NCBI GenBank assembly: GCA_029259155.1
Contig: JAPDJI010000001.1
Location: forward strand, 32,001-96,000
Direction: 5' to 3'
DNA: 64,000 nt
DNA from: Candidatus Methanomethylicia archaeon
Lineage (GTDB): Archaea > Thermoproteota > Methanomethylicia > Nezhaarchaeales > B40-G2
Part shown: positions 27,310 through 36,973 of the stretch, in pieces
How the letters are laid out: every line of letters begins with the position of its first letter
Numbering within the stretch: position 1 is the stretch's first letter
Made by a program: the position numbers and the translations under genes
The notes under the pieces: generated by a model
Database searches by the model: none
The model's input: the letters and a program-made list of their open reading frames with translations, nothing else
What the model was told of the DNA's origin: nothing

Positions 27310-28713
27310 CTACGTCACTATCTCAGGCAATAAGTTCTTCTTGCACGCTCTCCTAACTTCTAAGGCTATCCTGTCGCCCACGCTCATTCTGCGCTTATAC
27401 CTAGCTACAGCGTACTTACCGCCTACACCTAAGTGTACGTTTGCTCCTCCACCGTGGCGTAGAGCAACATCCTGGGTGTAGGGGACGTGCATATATGTTT
27501 CGGCTGCTTCAGGTACATCGTATAGGCCTAGCTTAACTCCCTCATAGACTTTTACCTTAGGTACCTTCGTCCAGGTGACGATCGTCTGAAGACACCAAGC
27601 TCCTATAATGCCTGGCGGCTCATAGAGCTGGGTAGCTTTAAGGAAAGCATTAGCAACTAAGTGGACGTCCTTCAACAACGACTCCCTTATCGAGAGGTCT
27701 CCATGGAAAGTTACCTCGAAGCTTAAGGGGTAGGGGGTTTTAGTCCAATCTATCTTGAGCTGGACGTCTGCTGGTAGCCTAATAACTCCGTCATGGGTGG
27801 TTTCACGCCTCTCATCTATGGAGAGCAGCTCGTTGGCTAGGTATGATCTAGCCTCCTCAATGGTTATACTGTATAGCTTGGAGTACCACTGCTCTACGTC
27901 ACCCCAGCTTTCCTTAGCGTTTATGGGTGAGTAGAAGAAGTTGAAGTTAGCGTGAGGTCCAGGTACGTATTCCTCGACACGGGCATATTGTAGGCCTTCT
28001 TCATCGAGGTGGCCTGCTTCAACCTCCTTTCTAACTTTTTCTTCTAAGTCGTCTGAGTTAGCGGCGAAGATGAAGCCTCTCTCGAACTTTCTATGGGCAA
28101 ACTCAGCCTTCAAGATTAAAGGCTGCTCTATCCTCTCCTCGAACTTTATCCCTGTCTTAACTACCTTGAACTTAAACGCTTTAGGATAAGGTATCCCAGC
28201 TTTCTCAGCGAACCAGTAGTAATCCTTCTCTATTTCACCGCGGTTCTCTATTTTAAGAAGTCTACGTGAGCCTACAATGGGCACGGCGAACTTATCCTCA
28301 ATAACGCTGCACTTCTCATCTCCACCTACGTATACGCTGAAGGCTCTGTTAGGTATTTGGAGGCACTGCAGTTCAAGGAGGTCATCCACGTACTTAACCA
28401 CGTCAGAATAGTGGTCGAAGATAACTATGCAGCTTCTCCATCCTTTCTTTTTCTTAGCGTCAGCTGGATCCTCCACCACTATCACATCTCTTCTCACTAG
28501 CTCAGGTAGATCTTCAACTTCCTCTTCAGATGAGCCAGCCATAGCGTTCTGTAGGTATATTCTGGCTCTATCCTTCGTGGTGTATATCAACGCCTTTAGC
28601 CCATAGTTCCTAGCTCCCTGCCAAGCATCGAGCGCGCTATGGGACCCTAGGATCAACAATGTTGGTTCTTTAAAGCGTGAAGCTACTTCCTGCATCTCTC
28701 TCCTATTAATCAC
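27310..28713 (-). CDS. purP: PurP-like ATP-grasp protein (formate-AICAR ligase family), long variant
   Basis: LGSHSALD, IPNRAF.VY, ERGFIFA, EEYVPG..NFNFFYS, E...HG..SIRESLL, PPGIIG.WCLQ, DVALR.GGG, G.RIALE. Confidence 0.8.
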   Translation of the reverse strand: MINRREMQEVASRFKEPTLLILGSHSALDAWQGARNYGLKALIYTTKDRARIYLQNAMAGSSEEEVEDLPELVRRDVIVVEDPADAKKKKGWRSCIVIFDHYSDVVKYVDDLLELQCLQIPNRAFSVYVGGDEKCSVIEDKFAVPIVGSRRLLKIENRGEIEKDYYWFAEKAGIPYPKAFKFKVVKTGIKFEERIEQPLILKAEFAHRKFERGFIFAANSDDLEEKVRKEVEAGHLDEEGLQYARVEEYVPGPHANFNFFYSPINAKESWGDVEQWYSKLYSITIEEARSYLANELLSIDERRETTHDGVIRLPADVQLKIDWTKTPYPLSFEVTFHGDLSIRESLLKDVHLVANAFLKATQLYEPPGIIGAWCLQTIVTWTKVPKVKVYEGVKLGLYDVPEAAETYMHVPYTQDVALRHGGGANVHLGVGGKYAVARYKRRMSVGDRIALEVRRACKKNLLPEIVT

Positions 28714-28916
28714 AGTCCTATCCCCAAAGTCACTACCATGCTACGCTTTAAAGAGGTTTCGAGGAGGGTGAATTTAGCTCCTTGGATGGTGCTGTTGAAT
28801 GTCAGCGAAGCGATAAAAGCTCTTATCCTCACATGTTCCCTGATGTTCTCTACCATTGAGGCAGAGCTTTTTTAATTACATATAGGAAAGATGGTTTCCA
28901 TTAAAGGTGAGGACAC

Positions 28917-29132
28917 ATGAAGTATGAGGTTGAAGTAGAGTTCCACAAGGATTTTATCAAGGTAGATGGAAGTAGAATCGTTGTCGGTTTAACCTCCAGG
29001 CCTGAAGGAGGTAAGGCCAACCTTGAACTAATTAAGAAGTTTGCTAAATACTTCAAAGTTTCCTCATCTCAAGTCAGGATACTGTCGGGTTTAAAGTCAA
29101 GGAGGAAGATAGTCGAGATAATCGAGAAGTAA
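28917..29132 (+). CDS. DUF167/UPF0235 family protein
   Basis: PEGGKANLELIKKFAKYF.V....V.ILSG.KSRRK; GGTGAGG RBS. Confidence 0.85.
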   Translation: MKYEVEVEFHKDFIKVDGSRIVVGLTSRPEGGKANLELIKKFAKYFKVSSSQVRILSGLKSRRKIVEIIEK

Positions 29133-29281
29133 AGTTTCCTCTAGCTCCCAGTCCAAAAGTTCAAGTTTCTTTACCTACGGGTTTAAAATGAGTAGCTCAT
29201 TTTAATGTCTATAGCTTGGGTAAGAAAAATTGGTTAACTTTAAAGAGAGCTACGAGTCAAAACTTTGACCGGCGAATAAGG

Positions 29282-29539
29282 ATGAAGCTTAAGGCTAGGG
29301 TAGAGATCAGGCTTAAACCAGGCTTAACCGATGCGGAAGGCCTAGCTACCCTTGAATCTCTACGGGACCTAGGCTTCAATGTCCTAGACGTGAAAGTGGG
29401 GAAGATCTTCTACATGGTGCTTGAAGCCCCCAACTTGGAGGAAGCGAGGCAGCAAGTGGACGTTATGTGTAAGAGGCTTCTGGCCAACCCTGAAGTCAAA
29501 GATGACTACACTTACACCGTGGAACCTGAGGAAGGTTAA
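29282..29539 (+). CDS. purS: FGAM synthase subunit PurS
   Basis: VEIRLKPGLTDAEG...VKVGKIF...MCKRLLANP..DDY. Confidence 0.92.
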   Translation: MKLKARVEIRLKPGLTDAEGLATLESLRDLGFNVLDVKVGKIFYMVLEAPNLEEARQQVDVMCKRLLANPEVKDDYTYTVEPEEG

Positions 29540-29690
29540 GCTAGATCTGCTATGACCATAACTGGCGGGCGAAAGTTTAAAGGAGTTCTCTAGGCCTCTC
29601 TTCTGCTTTTTATGGTAAAGTCCGGCGAAACCTTCGCTGCTCTCTTAAACCCTAAATCTAAAAAGCTCGAGATACATCTGCGGTAATGGT

Positions 29691-32075
29691 ATGCAGGGAC
29701 AAGGACAAAGCTACACATTGAAGGTTAAAGACGTACCCTTCGACCTTTATCTCATCGACCTCCTCAAGGCAGATGATGCGATGTTAATGAAGATCAGCGA
29801 CGAAATGGGGTTATCGTTAAGCCTAGAGGAAATGAAGGTTATTCAACGACACTATAAAGATCTCAAGCGACTACCAACCGACGTGGAGCTCCAGTCTCTG
29901 GGACAAGTATGGTCGGAGCATTGTTTTCACAAGACGTTTAAAGGTTATGTGATGGCAGGGCGTACGCGTGTGAAGAACATGCTTAGGCGCTTCATAGCTA
30001 AGGTCGTAGCGGAGCTTAAGCCTGAGTGGTGCGTGTCGGTCTTTGAGGATAATGCTGGGATCGTGGATTTTGGTGATGGTTACGCCGTAGCTATTAAGGT
30101 GGAGACTCATAACCATCCTTCAGCTATAGAGCCTTTTGGCGGCGCGGCTACGGGCGTAGGCGGAGTGATTAGGGATATCCTTGGAGTTTGGGGTGATCCG
30201 ATAGCTAATACGGATGTGCTGTGTTTTGGCCCGCTTGACTACAGTTACGAGAAGCTTCCTCGAGGGGTTAAGCATCCTCGCTACCTTTATAGGGGTGTTG
30301 TGGCTGGGATCGGCAATTACGGCAATAACATGGGCATTCCTACGGTGAACGGAGCAATCGTATTCGATGAGGGGTACGTGGGTAACGTCGTAGTTTACTG
30401 TGGCTGTGTGGGGATCTTACCTATTGATAGGTACTTGAAGTGGGCTAGAGAGGGTGATTGCTTGGTGCTTGCAGGCGGTAGGACTGGACGTGATGGGATA
30501 CATGGTGTAACTTTTGCTTCAGCCGAGCTTACTGAGGAGTCAGAGGAGGTTTCTAGGCCAGCAGTGCAGATACCTAATCCTATCGAGGAGGAGAGGCTTA
30601 AGAGAGCTATCTTAAGGATTAGGGATGAAGGATTAGCCACTGCTGTGACTGACCTAGGCGGTGGAGGGGTTTCCTGCGCTGTTAGCGAGACTGCTCACCG
30701 TTTCGGGCTTGGAGCTCAAGTATGGCTGGAGAAGATTCCGTTAAAGTATCCAGGACTGGCACCATGGGAGATCTGGCTGTCAGAATCTCAGGAGCGCATG
30801 TTACTGGTCTCGCCGCCTGATAAGGTAGACCGTTGCCTTGAAGCCTTCGAGGACGAAGAGGTTGAAGCCAACATCATAGGTAGGCTTACAGGTACCGGAG
30901 AGCTCTGCGTAGACTACCTTGGATACCGCGTAGCTACCTTGGACCTAGATTTCTTATTTAAGCCTCCCACTGTCACGAGAAGGGCTGAGTGGACTCCACC
31001 TGTCTTCGAAGAACCCTTCTTCAAGCCCCCTAAGGACTTAGGCGAGACCTTGCTTAAGCTCCTTTCCTCCCCTAACGTTTGTAGTAAGGAGGAGGCTGTT
31101 AGGACCTATGACCATGAAGTGAAAGGAGCCACTGCCGTTAAGCCATTCCAAGGGTTGAGGGCTGGTCCCAACGACGCAGCTGTGTTGAAGCCTATAGTAT
31201 CTTCTTGGAGAGGGATAGTGGTTTCCTGCGGCATTAAGCCTCGTTACGGTAAGATAGATCCCTACTGGATGGCGGCTTCGTCCATAGACGAAGCTATTAG
31301 GAATAACGTGGCGGTAGGCGGTAGACGAATAGCTTTGCTCGATAACTTTACGTGGGGCAACCCTGAGAAACCCGATAGGATGGGCGGCCTCTTAAGGGCT
31401 GTGAAGGCGTGCTACAGGCTCGCTAAGGCTTATGGTACGCCTTTCATATCAGGTAAGGATAGCCTATATAATGAATCCCCCCTAGGACCTGTTACCCCCA
31501 CGCTACTCATAACAGCTTTAGGCATAATACCTGACGTTAGGCTCGCCGTCACCTCAGACCTTAAGAGGCCAGGTAACCCATTATACCTCGTCGGCTTTAC
31601 GAAGGCTGAGCTGGGCGGCTCCGAGTACTATTCATTAATGAACATCCTCGGTAGGTCAGTGCCTAAGGTGTACATGCCTATGGCTAAGAGGCTGGTTGAG
31701 GCGATGGTTGAAGCTATCGACCAGCAGCTCGTTAAGGCTTGCCACGACCTCTCTGAAGGTGGTTTAGGCGTAGCGGCAGCTGAGATGGCTATAGGTGGAG
31801 GGTTAGGGATGGAACTATACCTAGCTCAGGTGCCTAGGCCTAAGTCTCTTAGACGCGATGACTTCATCCTATTCTCAGAATCGAATACCCGTTTCCTCGT
31901 GGAGGTTAAGGCAGATGCTGAGGAGGAGTTTGAGAAGGTTATGCGTGGTGTTCCACACGGTAAGGTGGGACAAGTTCTACGTGAGCCAACGTTAGTGGTT
32001 AGAGGCGTAAGTGGAAAGTTACTGATGGAAGTAGAGGTGAGCGAAGCTGAGAAGGCGTGGAAGAGGCGTCTTTAG
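29691..32075 (+). CDS. purL: FGAM synthase subunit PurL
   Basis: WSEHCFHK, DNAG, KVETHNHPSAIEPFGGAATGVGG, TGRDGIHG, DLGGGG, SESQERM, SGKDSLYN, HDLSEGG. Confidence 0.97.
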   Translation: MQGQGQSYTLKVKDVPFDLYLIDLLKADDAMLMKISDEMGLSLSLEEMKVIQRHYKDLKRLPTDVELQSLGQVWSEHCFHKTFKGYVMAGRTRVKNMLRRFIAKVVAELKPEWCVSVFEDNAGIVDFGDGYAVAIKVETHNHPSAIEPFGGAATGVGGVIRDILGVWGDPIANTDVLCFGPLDYSYEKLPRGVKHPRYLYRGVVAGIGNYGNNMGIPTVNGAIVFDEGYVGNVVVYCGCVGILPIDRYLKWAREGDCLVLAGGRTGRDGIHGVTFASAELTEESEEVSRPAVQIPNPIEEERLKRAILRIRDEGLATAVTDLGGGGVSCAVSETAHRFGLGAQVWLEKIPLKYPGLAPWEIWLSESQERMLLVSPPDKVDRCLEAFEDEEVEANIIGRLTGTGELCVDYLGYRVATLDLDFLFKPPTVTRRAEWTPPVFEEPFFKPPKDLGETLLKLLSSPNVCSKEEAVRTYDHEVKGATAVKPFQGLRAGPNDAAVLKPIVSSWRGIVVSCGIKPRYGKIDPYWMAASSIDEAIRNNVAVGGRRIALLDNFTWGNPEKPDRMGGLLRAVKACYRLAKAYGTPFISGKDSLYNESPLGPVTPTLLITALGIIPDVRLAVTSDLKRPGNPLYLVGFTKAELGGSEYYSLMNILGRSVPKVYMPMAKRLVEAMVEAIDQQLVKACHDLSEGGLGVAAAEMAIGGGLGMELYLAQVPRPKSLRRDDFILFSESNTRFLVEVKADAEEEFEKVMRGVPHGKVGQVLREPTLVVRGVSGKLLMEVEVSEAEKAWKRRL

Positions 32076-32659
32076 GCTTGGTCGATGATGCAGCGTTTAA
32101 GTTAACTGAGCTTATTGCCTCCTGCAAGGCGTGTAGCACTGTGGATAAACCCCTCATTAAGTATGGAGCATACACCAAGTGGCTCCCTGAACGTGTTAAG
32201 GTGTTAGCTATAGGCGAGTCTCCTCCGCCCGGCTGCAAGGAAACAGTTTTCTATAACTTAGGTCTGTTTGACCGCTTTAGGTTGTCGATGAAACTTGTAC
32301 TAGGCTTAAACGACGATGAAGGTATATTAAAGCTCTTTAAGTCGAAGGGAGTTTTCGTCACCGGCGCAGTTAAATGTAGACCTCCTAGCAGGGATTTTCT
32401 TGAAGAAATGAGGAAACGCTGTGTCTCTCTTCTCAGGGCGGAGCTGGAGCTTCTTAAGCCAAATAGAGTGGTAGCTATGGGTAAAACTGCAGCTGCCTCT
32501 ATTTCAGAGCTGCTCGGGGTTAAAAGGTCCTTCAAGGTTGATGAGCTGTTTGAGCTTAAACAGGGCAATCTCCACGTTGTCTTTACTCCGCATCCTAACT
32601 ATATCTTCAGGTTTAGGAGGGATCTTGCACCTAAGCTTAAAGCTCTACTCACTTCCTAG
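32057..32659 (+). CDS. Uracil-DNA glycosylase superfamily protein
   Basis: CxxC, IGESPP, AVKCRPP, C...L..EL, VAMGK.A, TPHPNY. Confidence 0.8.
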   Translation: MEEASLGLVDDAAFKLTELIASCKACSTVDKPLIKYGAYTKWLPERVKVLAIGESPPPGCKETVFYNLGLFDRFRLSMKLVLGLNDDEGILKLFKSKGVFVTGAVKCRPPSRDFLEEMRKRCVSLLRAELELLKPNRVVAMGKTAAASISELLGVKRSFKVDELFELKQGNLHVVFTPHPNYIFRFRRDLAPKLKALLTS

Positions 32660-33898
32660 GACCTCGCCTTTCATCATCTTCTCTAACGTTTTCAGTTTGA
32701 CTTCCTCCAATACTTCCCTTAAGGGCCTACGCTGCTCAATGGCTATGCGTTTCAGGTCCTCGAACTCAGGCTTCACGTTAAGCAGTCTTCCTGAAGGGTC
32801 TCTAGATACCTTTACCTTAACCTTCTGTTGTTCGCCGCCGACCTCTACTCTTAACTCAACTTCCTCCCTCTCTGCGATCACTCTAGGCTCCTCACGGACC
32901 CTGACGCCTAGCGTGCCGGTCTCGTTCATTAAAGTCTCCACCAGGTCTAAGTAACCCTCAGGCTTAGCTAGGACTTTAACTTGAAAGCTGGGCCTACCTT
33001 TCTTTCCTAAAGCTGGGATGACGTATACGTCGAGGGCACCCGTCTTCATAAGCTTCTCCGCTAAGTAACCAACTACCTCTCCTGTTACATCGTCTAAGCC
33101 TGTTTCAAGCACCATAACCCTATCCATGGAAATAGCGTGAGCGGACCCTTCCACCATCCTTAAGACGTTGGGTATCCCTCCCAGCTCTTTTACCCCAGCT
33201 CCATAGCCGACCTTCTCCACTTTCATTGGTGGATAAAGGTCCACCACTTTTTCTGCTAGGTTGGTTAAGATAGCTATCCCTGTAGGGGTCGTCAACTCTT
33301 CGTCGATGGAGACCTGTACGAAGGGGTAACGATGTTTTCTAAGGATCTCAAGGGTAGCTGGGGCAGGTCCTCTAAGCTCTGCATGAGGCAACTTGATGAC
33401 ACCTCCGCCCAACACCGGGGGTGTAGCATAAACCTCAACTTGGCCTAGGAAGCCTGCCTCGTCGAGAAGGATGGCAGAGCCCACTACGTCTATGAAAGTG
33501 TCTGGGGAAGAAAGCTGGTGTAGCTCTACGTCACCCTCCGTACCGTGGACTCGCTGCTCAGCCTCCGCTAGGTCCTCCATCACTTTAAGGGCATATCTGG
33601 AGGCCCGCTCAGAAGCTCTAGCTTCCCTACAAACTTTACGCGTAGTCTCCAACGCTTCAGAAGCCTTCAGAGAATAATGCCTAGGCTCTACATCAACCTT
33701 AACCAGCTTAGCCCTCAATCCACCTCTCGAGGTCTCCGAAACTTCCACCTTTAACTCTCCGTGAAGGTTTAATGAAACCTCCACGGCCTCAACAACCCTA
33801 TGTAGCGGCTCTGTCTTACCTAATAGGTCTATGAGGGCTGCGAGGAACATGTCTCCAGCCACACCAGCTATTCTCGCATCTATTACTAATACTCGCAT
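32645..33898 (-). CDS. larC: Nickel insertion protein LarC (nickel-pincer cofactor)
   Basis: GVAGDMFLAAL, AE..VHG...LH, PAPATLEIL, ELTTPTG, GYGAG, PNVLR, LETGLDD, KKGRP, ETGTLGVR, KPEFED. Confidence 0.9.
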   Translation of the reverse strand: MRVLVIDARIAGVAGDMFLAALIDLLGKTEPLHRVVEAVEVSLNLHGELKVEVSETSRGGLRAKLVKVDVEPRHYSLKASEALETTRKVCREARASERASRYALKVMEDLAEAEQRVHGTEGDVELHQLSSPDTFIDVVGSAILLDEAGFLGQVEVYATPPVLGGGVIKLPHAELRGPAPATLEILRKHRYPFVQVSIDEELTTPTGIAILTNLAEKVVDLYPPMKVEKVGYGAGVKELGGIPNVLRMVEGSAHAISMDRVMVLETGLDDVTGEVVGYLAEKLMKTGALDVYVIPALGKKGRPSFQVKVLAKPEGYLDLVETLMNETGTLGVRVREEPRVIAEREEVELRVEVGGEQQKVKVKVSRDPSGRLLNVKPEFEDLKRIAIEQRRPLREVLEEVKLKTLEKMMKGEVLGSE

Positions 33899-33956
33899 CT
33901 ACCTCGCCTCAAATCACTAATCAACCTTAAAGCTAATTAACGCTGCTTACCCTTTC

Positions 33957-34787
33957 TTGGCTGGCGGAGCAGACTTGAAGAAGGTTAAGACCTGTGTTCT
34001 TAGGGTTGGAGGTACTAACTGCGACTGGGAGACGAAGGTGGCTTTTGAGGAGGCTGGTGCCGAGGCTGAAGTGTTACATATGAAGAAGATCTTAGAGAAG
34101 GGGATCGACAGCTATCATATACTAGTTATACCTGGAGGTTTCTCCTACGGAGACTATGTTAGAGCGGGTGCTATATGGGCGAAGAAACTTGCCTCTAAGC
34201 TGGGAGATCGCTTAACCAAGTTCGTAGAGGAAGGTCGCTTAGTACTAGGTATATGTAACGGTTTTCAGGTGTTGGTGGAGTCAGGTTTTCTCCCTGGATT
34301 TGAAGGGACAAGCGAGGTGCCTCAAGCCTCGTTAACAGTTAACGCATCGGCTAAATTTGAGTGTCGCTGGGTGCATCTTAAACATGTCAACAATGGCCGA
34401 TGCGTATTCACCAAGCTTATCCCTAAGGAGGCGGTCTTGAGAATGCCTGTGGCTCATGCGGAGGGTCGTTTCATCCTGTCCAAAGATAAGGAGGAGGAGT
34501 ACCTTGCAAAACTTTATGGAGGGGATCAGGTGGTCTTCAGGTACTGCGATGAGAATGGTAAACCCGCTGAAGGTAGATATCCCTATAACCCTAATGGAAG
34601 CCTCCACGATATCGCCGGTATCTGTAACCCTCAAGGAAACGTGTTTGGCTTGATGCCACATCCTGAGAGGGCCTACTTCGGCTGGCAGCTACCTGACTGG
34701 ACACGTTTCGACGAGCCACCTACTTATGGTGACGGCATGCTTATCTTTAAGGCCGCTGTTGAGTATGCTCAAAGAAACCTTGCTTAA
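33957..34787 (+). CDS. purQ: FGAM synthase glutaminase subunit PurQ
   Basis: GTNCD, PGGFSYGDY, GICNGFQ, AHAEG, NPNGS, GLMPHPER. Confidence 0.96.
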   Translation: MAGGADLKKVKTCVLRVGGTNCDWETKVAFEEAGAEAEVLHMKKILEKGIDSYHILVIPGGFSYGDYVRAGAIWAKKLASKLGDRLTKFVEEGRLVLGICNGFQVLVESGFLPGFEGTSEVPQASLTVNASAKFECRWVHLKHVNNGRCVFTKLIPKEAVLRMPVAHAEGRFILSKDKEEEYLAKLYGGDQVVFRYCDENGKPAEGRYPYNPNGSLHDIAGICNPQGNVFGLMPHPERAYFGWQLPDWTRFDEPPTYGDGMLIFKAAVEYAQRNLA

Positions 34788-34881
34788 CTGATCGTAGCCC
34801 TAGGTCCTTTAAATACAGTCTTCGCTCAACCAGAGACGCTTCCGTGAAAGCTTATAAGCTACGTAGGCAAAAGCAAGGTAC

Positions 34882-35163
34882 ATGCCTTCAGCCTGTGGGA
34901 TTGCATGTGAGGTTTGTGGTGGTCGTGCTAAAGGTACTTGTCCTATAGGAGGTTGCGTACCTGGTACTCAAGCTGCTGATAAACTAGAAGCTCAAAGAAA
35001 GATACTGGGCTTCACGTGCCCTATCCTTGAATGCGCCCTTAAACATGGCGTAGATCATTGTTCGAGAGACTGCCCAGATTTTCCTTGCGAGAAGTATTAT
35101 CAGATGGAGATACCTTATAGCAAGAAGTTCTTGGACATCTTAAAGAAGGTGCTTAAGCATTAG
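34882..35163 (+). CDS. Small Cys-rich protein (DUF3795-like)
   Basis: ACGIACEVC...CPIGGC...CPILECA....DHCSRDCPDFPC. Confidence 0.75.
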   Translation: MPSACGIACEVCGGRAKGTCPIGGCVPGTQAADKLEAQRKILGFTCPILECALKHGVDHCSRDCPDFPCEKYYQMEIPYSKKFLDILKKVLKH

Positions 35164-35272
35164 AGAAGAGCTAAGGCTTTCAGTAAACCTGATACTATGA
35201 GGATGGCTCTGTAAGCCCTTTAAATGGGCTTTAAAGCCCATGTCCTTTACTCTAATCTCTTTCCTTGACGTT

Positions 35273-35902
35273 TTAGTCTTCAATCTCTGTTTTTAGTTCT
35301 TTCAAGAAGGCTTTAAGGAACCTTGTTCTTCTCTCGGCCTCTTTTCTCCCCCTCTTCGTTTTCATAGCCTTCTTTAACTTTAAGAGTTTAGTGTAGAAGT
35401 GATCTAATGTATATTTATCGTCGTCGAGCTCCCTTTTCTCAGCGAAGGGGTCTTCAAAGTGGTACAATGACCTGCCTCTTGTTGCCCCAAAAGCTATGGC
35501 CCTTAGTACACCTATTGCGCCCAGAGCATCGAGCATGTCTGCATCCTTAAGCACAGCGGCTTCCGGGCTTCTAGGAGCCATATTAGCTGTGTAGCGATGT
35601 CCCTTTATAGCTTCGATTACCTTGTTCATCTTGGCTTCTGGGAAACCTACCTCTTCTAAGAGTTGATGGGCAAGCTCTGCGGAGACCTCGGCATGGTCGC
35701 CCTCTAGCCTGAGAGCTCTAGCTAAGTCATGAAGCAGCGCAGCAGCTTCAACCACCTCTACATCGATTTCCTCATCTTCAGCCAGCTTCCTAGCCAGTTT
35801 TCTAACTCTCAGAGCATGTGTGAGCCCATGTCCATCCACGTCAACATCCTTCAGCAGCTCCTTTATCTTCCTCTCTAACATCGTTATCGGATGGGTCTTC
35901 AA
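35273..35902 (-). CDS. HD-domain phosphohydrolase
   Basis: H...HALRV, AALLHDL, H.Y, DADMLDALGAIG, HFYTKLLKL. Confidence 0.9.
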   Translation of the reverse strand: MKTHPITMLERKIKELLKDVDVDGHGLTHALRVRKLARKLAEDEEIDVEVVEAAALLHDLARALRLEGDHAEVSAELAHQLLEEVGFPEAKMNKVIEAIKGHRYTANMAPRSPEAAVLKDADMLDALGAIGVLRAIAFGATRGRSLYHFEDPFAEKRELDDDKYTLDHFYTKLLKLKKAMKTKRGRKEAERRTRFLKAFLKELKTEIED

Positions 35903-35930
35903 GCGGCGTCCTCCGGATAATATTGAACCT

Positions 35931-36956
35931 TCAAGAATTAACTTTATTGCGGCGCAGATTCCCAACCCCTTCCTCCTTCACCTTGATTATGTCCTCTCTA
36001 CTCACCTCTCCTTTTTCAAGGTACACTCTGTATAGATCTTCTTCTAAGTCGAGCTCTGTATACACCCCGAGCTCATGTAGTTTTTCATTTGCTTCTCTCA
36101 GGTCTTTTGCGTTGGCAAGGGCTTTTGCCATAGGGGAAGCCTTGTAGAGCTTTAACGGATCTAGGAAAAAGGTTATGGCGTTTATTATGGTTAACCTTAC
36201 GCCTCGAGTAGCTGCTCTAAGCGACTTATATCCATATGAACCTTTAAACGCCTCTAGCGGTAAAACACTGGATTCTGTTTTTACTTGTTTCACTACTTTT
36301 TCAAGCACTTCAGCTCCTTCCTTACCCATCCCAATGGCTCCAAGGTAACCTCCTCTTGAAGCAACTGAACTAATTCTCTTGGCTAACCGCTGAACCTTAA
36401 GCTCTCCATCAACCCCCAGTCCATGTACAGCTAGGATGGTCTTAAAACCCTTCATTTCAAGCTTTGCAAGGCAAGCTAGCATAACTTGATCTGCCAAAGG
36501 GCTCCATAGATCTTTCTCGAGGCCTGTTGCTAATACGTCTCCTCCTACATCAACGCCGAGTATGGCTTCAAATCGGCTTTTCACGAAGGTGTGTAGGGAC
36601 TCTATTAGCCTCATAGGCCCTGGCCATAGATCGATAGCTAAGGCTTCTTCATTTAGAAGATCAGCTACTTGAGCTAGCTGAGGCTTAAAGACTCCACATC
36701 CTCTTAGAGCTCTGGTTTCCCCTGTAGCCCATCCTAGGCCAACATCTACTTGTCTTAGCGGCTCCAACTCATTTAAAGCGATAGGGCCAGGAATAGGATC
36801 TATAGGAAAACGCTCCCACACAACGCCTCCTATAATAGGTTTTGCTTTAAGAAGCTGTAACCAGAAGTGGATTAAAGAAGCAGTAGCTACGTCCCCTCCA
36901 CCGCCTATGCCTAAAACAAGGACCCGTTTCCATCTCAGCTTTAGTAGCTCCTCCAA
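35931..36956 (-). CDS. DUF1152 family protein
   Basis: GIGGGGDV, WERF..DP.PGP, GVDVGGDVLA, SPLAD, G.DGEL. Confidence 0.8.
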   Translation of the reverse strand: MEELLKLRWKRVLVLGIGGGGDVATASLIHFWLQLLKAKPIIGGVVWERFPIDPIPGPIALNELEPLRQVDVGLGWATGETRALRGCGVFKPQLAQVADLLNEEALAIDLWPGPMRLIESLHTFVKSRFEAILGVDVGGDVLATGLEKDLWSPLADQVMLACLAKLEMKGFKTILAVHGLGVDGELKVQRLAKRISSVASRGGYLGAIGMGKEGAEVLEKVVKQVKTESSVLPLEAFKGSYGYKSLRAATRGVRLTIINAITFFLDPLKLYKASPMAKALANAKDLREANEKLHELGVYTELDLEEDLYRVYLEKGEVSREDIIKVKEEGVGNLRRNKVNS

Positions 36957-36973
36957 CCTTTCCCCCTTTATCT

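Noticed and set aside
28766-28875. Possible 35-aa ORF after a GAGGAGG motif
   Set aside because: Lies in the divergent promoter region of purP/DUF167 and has no recognisable features.
29555-29640. ZTP (pfl) riboswitch upstream of purL
   Set aside because: Only an ACTGGCG-like fragment matches; the GTGG/CCAC stem and the 3' CGCCTGGGC element are absent.
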